From NCBI GenBank assembly GCA_043228905.1, contig JBHGNT010000002.1:9610001-9674000 (forward strand): a DNA stretch of 64,000 nt, read 5' to 3'. This document shows positions 46,114-59,681 of the stretch, piece after piece. This stretch comes from Azolla caroliniana. Its lineage: Eukaryota; Plantae; Polypodiophyta. Within the stretch, counting starts at the first letter, position 1. Every line of letters begins with the position of its first letter. The position numbers and the translations under genes are program-made. The notes beneath the pieces are model-generated. The model was not told where the DNA came from and searched no databases. It saw only the letters and a program-made list of their open reading frames with translations.

Positions 46114-48602
46114 ATGACCATAGAATTCCTCCGTGCGCGCTTACAGTTGCAGAGGGCAGAATACAGGGCTGAAAAACGACGTGCCCAAGTCTTAGCACAA
46201 AAGGTACTCTCCAATCCCATCGGCTGCAAATACATAGCCATAGTATATGATTTCTGCACCAAAGTATATGAAAGCCCTTTCTCTTTGAGTCATTATTGAA
46301 ATTGACGTGGTAAAGAAGGCTATTCTTCAAATGGGATTTGAGTTTTTTTTTTTTTAAAGAGTTTTAGAGGTTTAAGAAACTGTTTCGAATATGGGACCTC
46401 ATATAGATTATCACTATCTAGTGGATCGTGTGTAGTGACCAAACATAGAGAGCCACTCACTATACACTTATCGCATGTAGAAGGCCACTATATTGACACT
46501 CCCTCATGGGTATGTGACTAGAGATTTCTGTACATGTTATCCAAAAGCTCTATATTAATGCAAACTCATGGTTATGTATATCAATCTAGTCTGAAGAGTT
46601 TCTATGTTTCTTTTCATCAGGTGTTGGAGTTAGAGAAGAAAGTTTCCAAGATGGAAATTCAATTGCGTAAACGAGGTGAGGATGGGAATGCCAAAGCTGG
46701 TATACCATGTATGGGTGGTGTTGACAATGATGTCGTGACCGAGATAGGTGTAGCATGGAATGAAGAGCCACAACTAGAACACTATCAAAACGACAGTACA
46801 CATAGAAAAGTTAGCATAAGCTCTTTTGGAGGTTCGGAAGTGTCTGGGACTGAAAATGTGGTGAACAATGAATATAGAAGAAATGAGCCAATCTCATTTT
46901 CGTCTCGAGAAAGTTTTAGTCCTTGCAGACATCCCTCCTGTGTAAGAAGGCACTGTATTCGAGAACCCCAAAAGAGTCCTTTGAGGTGCTTGGAGAAGAA
47001 GGATAAGTTGCCAGTGTCGATCAACAATGACTTGAATGGGAGCCAAACTGCACAATGGTTACATGACACAACCAGGTTTGGATTGTCATCAATCCCTTGT
47101 CCGAATGTCTAGTATGCTGTGATCTATATATATCACATGCATTGAAGGATTATTTAGGAAAGGAAAAAAACACTCATTTGTGTATGTATGTTTTAGGAAT
47201 AAATTGCAGCCTTTTTCTATTCACTTTGTCTATGCGTGATACCATTTTGATGTTACCCTTTTTATGTAAACCTCTTCTGTTGAACTCATTCGGTCTATAA
47301 GCTATGATCACTGTATGTAACAGGATCAATGACATCTATTTTGTGGAAAATAATTGGAATTAAATGCTCTTTAATAACTCATGTACTAAATATAATGCAA
47401 TTCAATAAGGGGGAAATTGCTATAAGGCGGAAAATGGTAGCATGATTTTAATTAGGGCATATATTGTATTGCAAATGCAAATTAAGCCTCACTAGCACTA
47501 ACTTTTTTGTTTTTTTTCAGTGAAGTGCGTGGTCAATGGGCAGATCATGAAAGCCATGATTTTGCATCAAACATGAAATCTGGGAACCATGAGATCATTG
47601 CTGAGGACGAAATGGACGAGCAAATGCTGCCACTTTGTAAATTTTGCCACTTTCCCAACGACACCCATTATCAGGTAACCGATATTCATGGTTGCCATTA
47701 TGTGAAACAATAGAAGTTCTAGACAAAAGATTTATCACTCACATACACACAAAGTTCCAGACAATGCATTTCCCACTATGTGGGAAGAATCTCACTTTTA
47801 CCAGTATGTAGGAAAAGAATGACTTTCCCAATTTACAACAACATTGTGAGCTCATAACGTTACCACATTGTGGGAAAATGGGTAAAACCATTTGTTTGTG
47901 TTTGAAGTGCTTTAATCAACCTACAATTTGGAATGCTAGGGTAAATGCGGCTTTCCTTCATCAACCAATCGCGTTGGTCAAAGCCTAAAATCTGGAATTA
48001 AATATCAAAGGAAGAGTGGAAGGGAGAAGCACAGTCATTCAAGAAATGAATTCAATCGAGAAATCTCTTGCAAAAGGAAGTTACAATCTCCATTCTTGTA
48101 CATGTCTTCACCTATATCAACTTCCTCATTTGACAAATATCCATGCAGCACCGTGCTAGGAAGGACCTTGAGATCTTTGGGATGTGAGAAGTCGCGAAGC
48201 TACCTAGACAATATTGGGATAGGAAAACAAGAGAAAATCCATCCCATCACAAACCCTATACTAAATTGTGAGGAAGTTAAGAATGAAAAGGAAGTGGATT
48301 GTGAGGTGAAAACCAAGGAAACCACCCCAGTGTTGGTAAACAACCCTTTATTTGATACATCGGAACCAAGTGAGATTAATGCTGTCAAGATTGATAATTT
48401 GGTGGAAAAGAATGGTCAATTTCTGGGTCAAGAATGTGGGCTTGAACCAAAAAACTCGTCAGTTCATCAACATGTAATAAATAAACCTCTGCTTCCGACG
48501 AAACAAATTCTTAAAGTGTTGGAACTTATCAAGAAATCAGTTGAGGATGCTGATGCCCCAACCATGATAAACCCGAAACAATCATGTAAGGGTCGGCAAT
48601 GA
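46114..48602 (+). CDS. Spliced host gene, uncharacterised plant coiled-coil protein (MTIEFLRARL family). Exons about 46114-46203, 46621-47075, 47521-47674, 47940-48585/48602
   Basis: MTIEFLRARL...RAQVLAQK|VLELEKK resembles a conserved land-plant N-terminal motif. GT-AG introns with compatible phases (0, 2, 0) give one open frame. The true start may lie in the gap and the last exon is uncertain. Confidence 0.72.
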
Positions 48603-49539
48603 AAAATATTTTCTTTCATTTTTTTTGGTCGTATTATTTGGGTTTAATTTTATATATATTATCATTCATAAATGCAGCTGGTCTCAAGCAATAGGAAAAG
48701 GGAGGACATATAGGTATTGAACCGAGAAAAAAAGTGAAGCGGCAGACATGTTCTATCATCATCCTCAGCAGCAGCAGCACCATCATCAGCACCATCATTC
48801 TGTTCTGTAAACTGACCTGGATTATATGATAATCCAATTCATAGTATATAGTTATTATCCTCTTGGATTTTATTGTTATAATTACACCACACCCTAAGTC
48901 CTTCAAACTATAGTTGCAACTAAACCCTAACCCTTAAACCCCATGGATCCCTTCTCTTTGGGCATGGATTAGAGATAAAGACTTATGAAAGTTAATATTT
49001 GATTGTGTTGTCAAATATTATCATTCATCAGAACCTTATCTATATTTCCCCAGACTATGATTGTCATCATCAATTGATGTATTGTATGTATATATTTCAT
49101 TCTCATTTTCAACAGTGTAATTCAGTCCATGTGGACAATATGAAATATCACTTCTTTTACACTTCAATAAGGTCTCAATCACATTCCCTTCATATTAATC
49201 TAAGCTACTTGCAATTACCAAGTTAATTCTCTAACTATGTTACCCCATTAAAAAAATCCTCGAGAAGACATTCCATTGATAACTATGTGATTATGCATTG
49301 TTTCTTATAGGAACTAAAATGTTGTTAATCAAGATGTTACAAACCACTATGTGACAGCATCACCTTTGCACTTCATGTATTGTGACATCGTCAGTTGTTT
49401 ATAGATTCATTGGGATTTAAACTTTTCAAATTAAACATGTTAATTCCATGCTTTCAACTTGAAGTTGTGACTTCTAGTTAAAAGTTATGAGTTTCAATTT
49501 GGTTCTCATAAAACTTAAGTTTAACATCATGCACACTCG

Positions 49540-50145
49540 TAGATTACGAGATCATATGGTTTTTATTGTAGTTGATTCGTTATCATCATCATTAGTTTGG
49601 AATGATGAGCATAACAATGTGCGTCGAAAAAGTGATGAATGTCATCGTTATTAGTTTGGGACGATGAGCATAACAATGTGCTCCTAAAAACCTTTATTGT
49701 TGGATCAATTTCCACAACTCAAGGATAAAAATATAACCATTTCATTAAGCTAATGCCATTAAATTTTATGGATAGTTAAAAATGAAAGCATTTGGAAAGA
49801 GATTTGGATGTTGGAAAGCTAAGTGTAGAGAATATACCAAATTTACGTTCAACAAGAATTCGTTATTCCGCAAGGATAATAACTATAATATGCAATTGTA
49901 GATTACTCCTCAATTCATACGGTTTTCATTAGAGTTGGTTCATGATTATCATTATTATTTAGTTGGAGATTATGTGCATAACAATGCACTCCCAAAAACC
50001 TGTAATGCCAAATCAATTTCCACAAACCAAGCATACAAAATATTACAATGTGAATAGATAAAAATGTAAGCATTAAGAAAGATTTAGATGTTGGAAAGGT
50101 AGGTGTAGAGAATATTCCAAATTTTCATTCAACAAGAATTTGTGA
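49540..50145. repeat. Degenerate direct duplication (units about 49540-49865 and 49899-50145)
   Basis: Shared blocks TAGATTAC, GCATAACAATG, TCAATTTCCACAA, GATGTTGGAAAG and TTCAACAAGAATT in the same order. Confidence 0.7.
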
Positions 50146-51233
50146 GACGGCTAAGAATGATGATTATAAAAGCTTACACAAAAGAACCTCTATTTTCAAA
50201 GAGCATCCTAAAAGTAGACATATACCCTTTACTTTAGCCATGTTGTTTCTAAATACATATATAATTATGTAAATAAACCGTATTATATTTTATATCTAGT
50301 AGTGAGGAGGATCTTCGTGCTTCTAAAGAATTTATATAATTCTTCTATAGTTTACAATTAATTTTACCTTTTGTGTTTCATAATAATCAAGTATTATTTT
50401 TTTGTCTAAGAACAAGCTCCGAGGCCATTTCACAATTTTCTAGAAGATTCTTGTTGGTGCTTGTCAATGGTCATCACAAGATATAGGACAACTATTGTCT
50501 TTCAAAGCATCGTACTTCCTTTCTTATAATTACAATTGATTTAATAAATTAATCTTTATGTTATCCCTTTAAAGGGAATGCTCAAAGTTTTCCATGAAGA
50601 CAAATTGTCTTTTATGAGAGGAGATATTAAGTGCTAGTTAGAGACTAGAGTGCTTGCCTACCTACATGTGTGTGCTCGTGTACCCACAAGCACCCATCGA
50701 TATCCATATGTCAATGTCACATGAAACTTTCAACTCTTGAGGTGAACATTTGTTCCGTGTCAATCAAAACCTTATGATGAGTTTATGTGAATAGTTCAAA
50801 TGATAGGGTTGAAACCTTGATACTTAGGCTACGTTTACAAACTCATAACATGGGATATCCGAGGTGGGCATGTAGATATCGTTGAATTAATATGTTTAAA
50901 ATTATGTCCTATTAAGATTATAACTTTGGAATCGACTCAAAACTATTTCAATGGACTTTTTAGCTTCAATTGGTGCATGGTTTTCACTCATACAAAATTG
51001 AAACAAGGAGAAACTATGGAACCATGTCACTCGTGAATTTTCACCCAAACAAAAGCAATGTGCTTTCATTTGTTGTTTAAGCATCTCACGATGCTCATTT
51101 TCTCCCAATGTTGGAGATTGTAGAAAACCTAACATATGTATGAATGATACATAAAATGGAGCCATGTCACTTGTGAGTTTTCACCCAAACAAATCATATG
51201 CTTTTATTTTAAGCATATACTTTGTTTTTGCAA

Positions 51234-51237
<4 letters not shown>

Positions 51238-51270
<33 letters not shown>

Positions 51271-51300
51271 CACACACATTTATACATTCATACACACACA
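51238..51300. repeat. (CA)n microsatellite
   Basis: Direct inspection. Confidence 0.9.
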
Positions 51301-51539
51301 TAATGTATACAGAGTTGTACAGTCATAAAGACACTTAGTCAATCCTACAACACACACACATATTTAATCCTATACAAGCATAAATTTGTATTATATTTAT
51401 ACATTTATGTAATCATACACGCACTTATTCAATGATAAACATGCAGATGGTTTCAAGACAATGATGTGGAGGAAGATGGCATTATCAGTGTTGGACAAAA
51501 TCTCTAGTCCCTACCTGAATTTTTCCTGCTACTTATGGT

Positions 51540-54500
51540 CCTAAGCCCAAGGTTTAATACACCAGGAATGATTGATACCTGGAAGGGCACATTTTTCCAC
51601 GTTGGCCATCCAAGGGCAACGTTGGAATTTCATGAATGTCTATGCTCCAAACAGCAACAAAGAACGGACAACATTCTCGGAGCGCATTCGCCAACAAGTA
51701 GCGGGTGCGGAGGAGTGGTGCATTGGAGGGGATTTTAATATGGTCGAATCCATCCATGATAACTCTAACAACAATCACAGAGTCCTACAAGGAAGGGAAC
51801 ATAAACAATGGGAGAAGTTATGTGTACACCTTAACTTGCGAGATATATGGCATTCCGACAACTTCCAACGAAAAAGGGACTCTCTCTTATTCTCCCGATC
51901 AGATGGGTGAAATAGTGGACCCACTCTATCTCGCATCGATCGTCTTTATGTAGGCGAGGCCCTAGAAGCAAAGGGAGGGTTGTGTCGCATAACTCCAGGC
52001 ACAACTTTCTCTGACCATTACCCGGTAATCAGTCACTTTCACCAACACTGAAAGTGGGGCTCATTCCAACCTCGAATCCCACACACTATCTACATAGTTA
52101 TAGAGGTGAGGGAACAACTCACCAACCAATGGTCACTACTCGTCAATGCCTCATTAGCATCTGACAAACTTTTACCTAAATTATCAAGTGCTTCAACTCT
52201 ACTACATGAGATTTTCAAGACTAGAAGTAAAGATGCTCAAGAAAAGTGACAGAGGACAAAATGGAGATTAATAGCCTTACAACGACTTCAACAGCGATAC
52301 CCGACATGTAGTTGGCTCGCGGGACAAGTTGCCATGGCCAAACATGAACTCATCATGGCAAAAAAAGCAATCTATGACATGGAGTTTCATGGAAGCATGG
52401 CTCGATGGATTCGAGTAGGGGACAAAACCACGAAGGAATTCTTCCAATCCAAGGGACGAAGTCACGCTAGAACAATGATGCGTAGCCTCAACCGAGCAGA
52501 TGGAACAACCACGGAGGATGGCGACGAAATGAGGAATATTGCCACAAGTTATTTTAAGCGACTACTTACTGAAGATAATAAGGCCACAGGGGAAGACATA
52601 AGAGAAGATATTATCCTCCAGAGCATACCTGAGAAAGTCACGACGGAAATGAATACATGGCTCGTGTGTCCCCTATCAATCATCGAGATATGGGAGGCCC
52701 TCTTTGATTTGGATGCAGATAGCTGTCCCAGAATCGACGGCCGCACCCCTAACTTTTTCACGTTCCTTTGGGACACTATTAAAGAAGATCTTCTTCAGGC
52801 ATATGAGGAGATCATCACCTCTGGAAACATGCCAGATGAATTTGGACAAGGGATGATACATCTCATTCCTAAAAGTGGTGGAAGTGCCAATGACATTAGT
52901 AAGTGGCAGCCTATAACTCTCCTCAATACGGTCTATAAGTTGCTTGCAAAAATCATGGCACGCCGCTTAGCACCACTTCTCCCTCAGCTCATTCATCCGT
53001 CCCAGAAAAGTTTTGTTAGAAATAGGAGCATCCTAGACAATCTATTCTCAATTTGGGAAGCAATAGCCCTTGCTAAGCGTACCAACAACAAGGTAGCTAT
53101 GGTGCTCCTAGATTTTGAGAAAGCATATGACAGGGTATGATGGAAATTTCTAGAAAGTGTGATGGGGAAACTTGGCTTTCACGAATCATGGATCAAAGGC
53201 ATTGCAGGACTTTATAGGAACGCCACCAACTGTGTTTCACTAGCAGGTGAAAGGGGCCCTTTCTTCCGAATATCGCGGTATGTATGACAGGGCTGCCCAT
53301 TGGCTCCATCCTTATTTCTATTATACGCCAAAGCACTCTCTAGCTTTCTCAACTCGTGACATCTAAGGCTACATGGTCTTCATGTGCCACATTCTCACCA
53401 AAGCCTCCTAGATATAGAATTTCCAGATGACATCGTGATCTACTTGCAAGGCGACTTGGAAAATTTACAAAATCTAGAAAGTGGTCTAGACGTATTTTGC
53501 AAGCAATCCAATGCCATAATCAATTCGCACAAATCCTGTGCAATATGGCTCTCTCATGATGCACATCTTGCGTGGCACCCAAATCTCGCTTTCAAGTGGA
53601 TCAATCAAGGTGAGAGCACCAAATATTTGGGTTTCCAAATTGGGTTCAACATACATCTGGAGACTATGATTACACCAGTTATTCACTCCATACGACAAAA
53701 GTTAATACATTGGAGTTCGAAAAAACTCTCGCTAGTGGGGCCCATCATAGTGGCAAACAAGGTATTACTCGCGACAACATGGTACAACCTACCATGCTGG
53801 ACAATCTCCAAGGAAAGTATACACTAGATTCAACGACTGGTATGCAACTACATTTGGTCTGGTAAGGAAGATCATGCAACTCGGGCCAATGTGGCATGGC
53901 CTATACTCACATCACCTAAGTCGAGAGGAGGATTGGGTCTTATTGATCCCCTCTCACAATCAAAAGCCCTACTCGCCAAATTTGTGGTGCGAGGACTCCA
54001 ACCAGGGAATGACTGTTGGAAAATGTTATTGCGGTTATGCTTCACTTACTTTAGGCCACGAAAAGGGACCAATTGGCCCCCCCAAACTAGATGGTTTCTA
54101 AACATGGATCTCAAACCTAGTTTCTCCCGCAAACTGGAGGATAGATTTAGTGCATCCATGTGGAAGGCGTGGTGTGACATTAGATGAGGATTCAAGTGCG
54201 ATCAACCCAATTCCGAACCTGCCTGGCTCAGTCAATGTATCCTTTGGAACCCATGTATTAGGGATGATTCTAATCAACTAATTGGATCAAGTAAGGAGTT
54301 GTCATGGGGATACATGTCAGAAGGTCCAGGAAAAAGTATGGAATGTTGGAGACGGTTTATGTCATTGCCAATACAAGAAGAAACCAACATCCTCCATGGA
54401 ATCAGGGGCGGATGGGTTATGAGATCTAAAATCATTAATGCTCTACTGATTAGGGAAGCTACTCATTAAAGGACGACAACGGAGAAATGGATAGGCTACA

Positions 54501-55600
54501 AGGAGGAGGGCTCTTTGCTCCCAAGAGGTAGGGAAACACCGGACAGGATTGAAGGCTCTGAACTGCAGGACAACGAGGCATCAACACAACGTAAGGCAAT
54601 TCGAGTACTAGCATATACTGGGCATAAATGGATTGTAGATCCTGATCCGATCAATGTACAACCAGATTGGCACATATGTACTCATGAAAACACATGGCTA
54701 CATAAGGTCAGTTGGGACCCTTTGCAATGGACATGGTGTGGTCCTTACGCAGGTCAAGGAAGCAAACCTATCCCTTTCTTTCAATTCACAACTAGATTGG
54801 GTCGCCATATTATAGCCGCTCAATCTACTCAAGATCCGAGTGCTGCAAAGGTTTGGAAAACATATCATGTTCCTAACACAATTATCACCAAGTTTTGGCA
54901 AAAACTCTGGAAACAACAACACGTGAGGCAAATCACCACTTTCCAATGGCTGTTAATACATAAGTCACTACCGGTTGGTGCATGGCAGTGTGGGAACCTC
55001 AACTCTCCTAATTGTGTAGCGTGTCCAACTGTAGTAGAATCAATATGACACGCTCTATGGGACTGCCCAGAGTCCCATTGAATATGGCGGGGGGTTGGCC
55101 GCTTATTGCAATTATGCCAGGTGCAAGGCTCAATCAGGTGGGGGAATGTATGTTGGCTATCATGGCAGGCCCCAATTGACAGATATGAGAATTAGGAAGA
55201 GGGGATGACTTTGGTTATAAAAACACAAGAGGTTTTTTTCTCCACCATCGACAATGTCCACTCAACTCCTATCAATGCCAAATCTCAAGTTGTGTTGGAA
55301 TTGGTCAGCCCAATAACTCTTTGGATTCTATGGAAACAACGGTGTAGACGGGTCTTCTCTAACCAAATTGTGCAACCAATAGTGTTAATGCAAGAGATAT
55401 GGAGTGAAGTGGTAGCCACTCTAAAGAGCCAATATGATGGCCTCAAGGGTGACTCTAATGGAATTGAAAGACAACGACTAGCCTTCATCCAACAATGGTC
55501 GTCCTCCCCCTTTATTGAGTCGGTGGGCATCCACATAAGATGGACCTATTGTGTCCCTATAGGGATTTGTATATACTAATCTCATCTATAAAATTTTATT
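51540..55600 (+). mobile_element. L1-clade LINE ORF2 remnant (APE endonuclease, RT, zinc finger), 5'-truncated
   Basis: NVYAP, GGDFN, SRIDR and SDH; ITLLNTVYKLLAK, DFEKAYDRV, QGCPLAP and FPDD; CVAC...H...C; many stops. Confidence 0.92.
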
Positions 55601-56714
55601 ACTAATGGATTTTTTTTTTGGAAAAAGAGAGAAGAATTTAGAATATTTAACTGGCCAATTTCCAACAAGTGATAATATCAACTGGAACACATTGTTTTTT
55701 TTGTTGTTGTGCATACCAAATCAACACTCATTCAATCTGTGCAAGGTCAAGCTTAGAATGGCAATATTTCATAGAGAACTAAAATATTTGTTAACGAGAT
55801 GGTACTAACTAGTTTCCTTTTAATGTGAACACAAGCAATGCTTGGCATTCAAAAAAAAATCATAAAGTTTAAATAAAAAAACTGACCAAGGCCGAACATT
55901 ATTGCATATACAAACTTTACAACATTAACATAATCAAGTACCAGAGAACAAGTATGAAATTTATAATCTCTCATTATTTGATCATATGTTATATACATTA
56001 GTTATATTGCAAGCACAATCCTTGCTTTCATATACAAGAAACAATTTGCCAAATCAATCGAATCATCAAATCTAGCATGATAATCTATTTTGATACATTG
56101 TACAATGATTAGAACTAGCATTGCATTTCGATTCAGACACGATTTTGAAATAAAAGGAGCATACTATATGATTTCTATTAGATTATTAAAGCTTCTCAGA
56201 AGAGCTATTGCACTCTCCGAGAATACAACTTCTAAGAAGAACTGAGTTAGGCTCCCCAATCAATAGAAAGACCCCTAGAACGGGAGAACTAGGAAATTCC
56301 ATTGATTTCTCTATCCCCTGTCCTTTGCTCCCATGGTGCCCTGACAACTAGAGTATTAACAACATTGAGCTCATCAAATCAACACATCTGGGATATTGAG
56401 GCCTTTCTCTCTCAAAAGATCGACAGATAGTACCACATGCAAACCCAAAAAGCAAGCATCACAAAATGTTGGGGTTTCTACACCCAACATCCCCCTCAAT
56501 CTTGTATAGCCTTGTACACAAATGCATGTTTGAATATCGATGATATACAAACACTAAACCCTTTTGAACATAGTTTTCTGTATCACTTTTATGTATGCAA
56601 ATGTAAATGTCAATATGATGTCCCAACCTACATTCATAAGCATAGTCATTACATTGAGAAAAGAAATTAGATAAAGAAATTGAAATGTAAAAGGTTTGAC
56701 ATTGATGCAAACAA

Positions 56715-56855
56715 TACTTTCAATGATGGTCATGAGGTGTATGTATTTAAATTTTTCTGCTTCTTGTAAATGTTCCCCTTCTATAACGACCATTGACATT
56801 GTCCCATCTCCAACCTCATTGTCTTGAACTTTCAATATAACTGTATAGACAAGAA
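56715..56855 (-). pseudogene. CCT2: Fragment of chaperonin CCT beta (TCP-1 beta)
   Basis: ILKVQDNEVGDGTMSMVVIEGEHLQEAEK...IHLMTII resembles [27 protein letters not shown]...IHPMTII; the GDGTT motif is degenerate and no other exons were recognised. Confidence 0.7.
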
Positions 56856-57109
56856 CACTAAATGACATGAAGCTTAAAATTTTCACGTTTTCTCCCTAAA
56901 ATGAGAGCTCTAGAATAAGATTGGCACATCATTCACTAAAATAACAATCAAATTATATGAGCTTGCCTATTGAAAATATTTATAAATTGCATTTATATGG
57001 TGTTATCTTACAACTTCCGCTACATAAAGTGAAAGATTTATTTCCAATATGAGGTTTGTATAATTTAGAATGTTTGCCAAATGGAAATAAAAACATTTAT
57101 AAAGGAAAA

Positions 57110-58225
57110 CATGCAGTTCTTTTGTTAGCTTACTGATAAGTATTTTTCTACTCAACTCTTGTGAGATTGCAGTGTTTTCCCATGGTTTCCTATTATATTT
57201 CATGCAAGAAAAGAGAAGTCAAGCAATATTTCCCAAACAATGCTGATAAGTCTTTTGTTAGCTTACTAATAAGTATTTTTCTACTCAACACTTGTGAGAT
57301 TGCAGTGTTTTCCCATGGTTTCCTATTATATTTCATGCATGAAAAGAGAAGGCAAGCAATATTTCCCAAACAATGTTTTCAAGAACAATATACAGAAATA
57401 ATTATGTTAAGGAACAACCAACCAACTAGCAATTTTGCAGCTAGATTGTCAATGAGGAGAGATTTCTAGATAGTAGCTCCATTATTCATAACACTAACCG
57501 TGTGGCCTCTTACAGTTGACTACGAAATCTTAACCTACTCACAAATCACAAGTTTTGCAATACCCTATCACATCTGAGGAGGTGATTGACATGAGAGAAA
57601 AAGAGCAAATAATCAAACAACATTTGATAAACATTGGAGAGAGCGACACAGAAAGAATTGAGCAAGAGAGGGAGAAGAGAAATTTTTACATGAGAATAGA
57701 AATAGATAGAACGAACGGGATGGTGCAACAAGAAGAAAAAGGCATGCCTTAAAAAGTCCCCATAGTTTCCTATTATATTTCATGCATGAAAAGAGAAGTC
57801 AAGCAATATTTCCCAAACAATGCTGTCAAGAACAATATGCAAAGATAATTATGTTAAGGAACAACCAACCAACTAACAATTTTGCACCTAGATTGTCGAA
57901 GTGGAGAGGTTTGTATAGAGTAGCCCCATTATTCGTAACAATAACCGTGAGGCCTCTTCCAGTGGACTGTGAAATCTTATCCTGCTCAAAGCAAAGGAAA
58001 AACAAAACACAAATCTCAAGTTTTGCAATACCCTATCATCTCGAGGAGGTGATTGGCCTGAGAGAAAGAGAGCAAATAAGCATACAACAATTGAGAGACA
58101 ATGGAGAATGAGACATAGAAAGAATTGAGTGAGATTGGGAGAAGAGAAAGTTTTGCCTGAGAATAGAAAGAGATAGAGAGAAAGGGATGGTACAACAAGA
58201 AGAACGAAGGCATGCCTTAGAAAGA
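57110..58225. repeat. Nested degenerate tandem duplications (about 134 bp and about 450 bp periods)
   Basis: CCCAT(G/A)GTTTCCTATTATATTTCATGCA at about 57179, 57312 and 57759; downstream blocks repeated. Confidence 0.8.
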
Positions 58226-58349
58226 GGTCTATACGGGAATACAAACGAAGCACAGAAAGAATTTAATTACAGACAGAAAACAACAACACATGGGTAGTCT
58301 ATGCAGGTTTGGGACAAAGTAGTACATACACACAAGCAGAACAAACAAA

Positions 58350-59420
58350 AGAATATATATATATATATATATAGATAGATAGATTATATTATCATCTTCG
58401 GAGGTCAAATATGACCTATGAGACCAAAAAGATTACATTTCACGTGATACTTGTGAAAGTGAGTAGTGACTCTCGATGTTCAAGAACTTTACCAATGAAT
58501 GTTGCAATCGAGAGTGCACATTGTGGTTATGAGAGGAATTCATGCAAGGATTGGGCTCGGTCGAAGAGATGTGGAAAGCATGGTCGAATATGATCAAAGA
58601 CATAACATTGTATCAAAGTGTGATACTCAGACTCGCGAACTTGTTTAGGGCAAAGTGTGCATAGTCGGCCACTCTCATCACTTGTGCCCCAATGCACTGT
58701 CTCACATTGCAATGCATGTGACCTAAGTTGCATGGAAGCAATGGTTCGAATGGTAGATAACGGTACAGGCTCTAACATGTATCGATGTGTATGGTTTCCC
58801 CGTTCCGCAAAGAATATGGTTTTGTAGTTAGGTGCAACATGTGTAGTATAATGTGTGAAGCGTGAGCCTCCACATTTGTCCCATGTCATAATACATTGGT
58901 GTTGCAAAAAGGCCTCATTTACAAAGGAATCTAGTGATGCATCATGAAGCAAGTGTCTTGCATCCCATTTATCAAACCATTTTTCTATATCTTGCATCCA
59001 ACCGGAACACAAAATTTTGCTTTTATGCGACTTTTGGATCTTTTTGTTTGCTTCCCTTGCAATTCTAGGAAGTCGATGTGAGGGACTTTTTTGAACCTTA
59101 AGCATGTATTCAACAACCCTTTCCATGACCATGATCTCAATGGGAAGCGATCCCGTCTCAAGGAGGAGGAGGGTGTAGGGAATTGGTTTCTTAACTTGTA
59201 GAAACCTTGTAAGAAAAAGTTTTTGGACATTTTCAAACTCTTTCCACATAGATTTAGGGATGCTACCACCCCATACTTCCATCCCATAGAGAAGAATCGG
59301 TGTCACCAAAGTGTCAAAAAGATATTTCTTGAGGACCCAACACAATCTTAATATCTCCAAGATTGCATGTCTTCTCAAATGCATAGTATTCTCGCTTACC
59401 CGCCTTTAAGCGGCGTGCGT
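58350..59420 (-). mobile_element. 3' fragment of an RTE/RTEX-like LINE
   Basis: ORF 58527-59384 with LFDTLVTPILLYGMEVWG and CTLC...H...C; ends in TA/TAGA microsatellite at about 58352-58384. Confidence 0.75.
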
Positions 59421-59681
59421 GTAGCACATTCATTCCATCTATGATTTGAAGGAACTTCAAGTCCAAGATATTTGAAGGGTAAAAGCATGCGAGTGGAAAC
59501 ACTATTATAGATAATTAGCTACTAAAATGGCCACAACTAATTAGCTATTTGTTTAGCTAGTTTTTTGTGGGAAACTCATAAGGATGGTTTACGAAATTTT
59601 ATGTTTTATTAGTTAAATACATGTCATTTAATTTATGAGAATACGCAAATATTTGAACTTTGGTTTTTGACATAGTGGAAC

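Noticed and set aside
45922-46330. ORFs spanning the N run
   Set aside because: Artefacts of the assembly gap.
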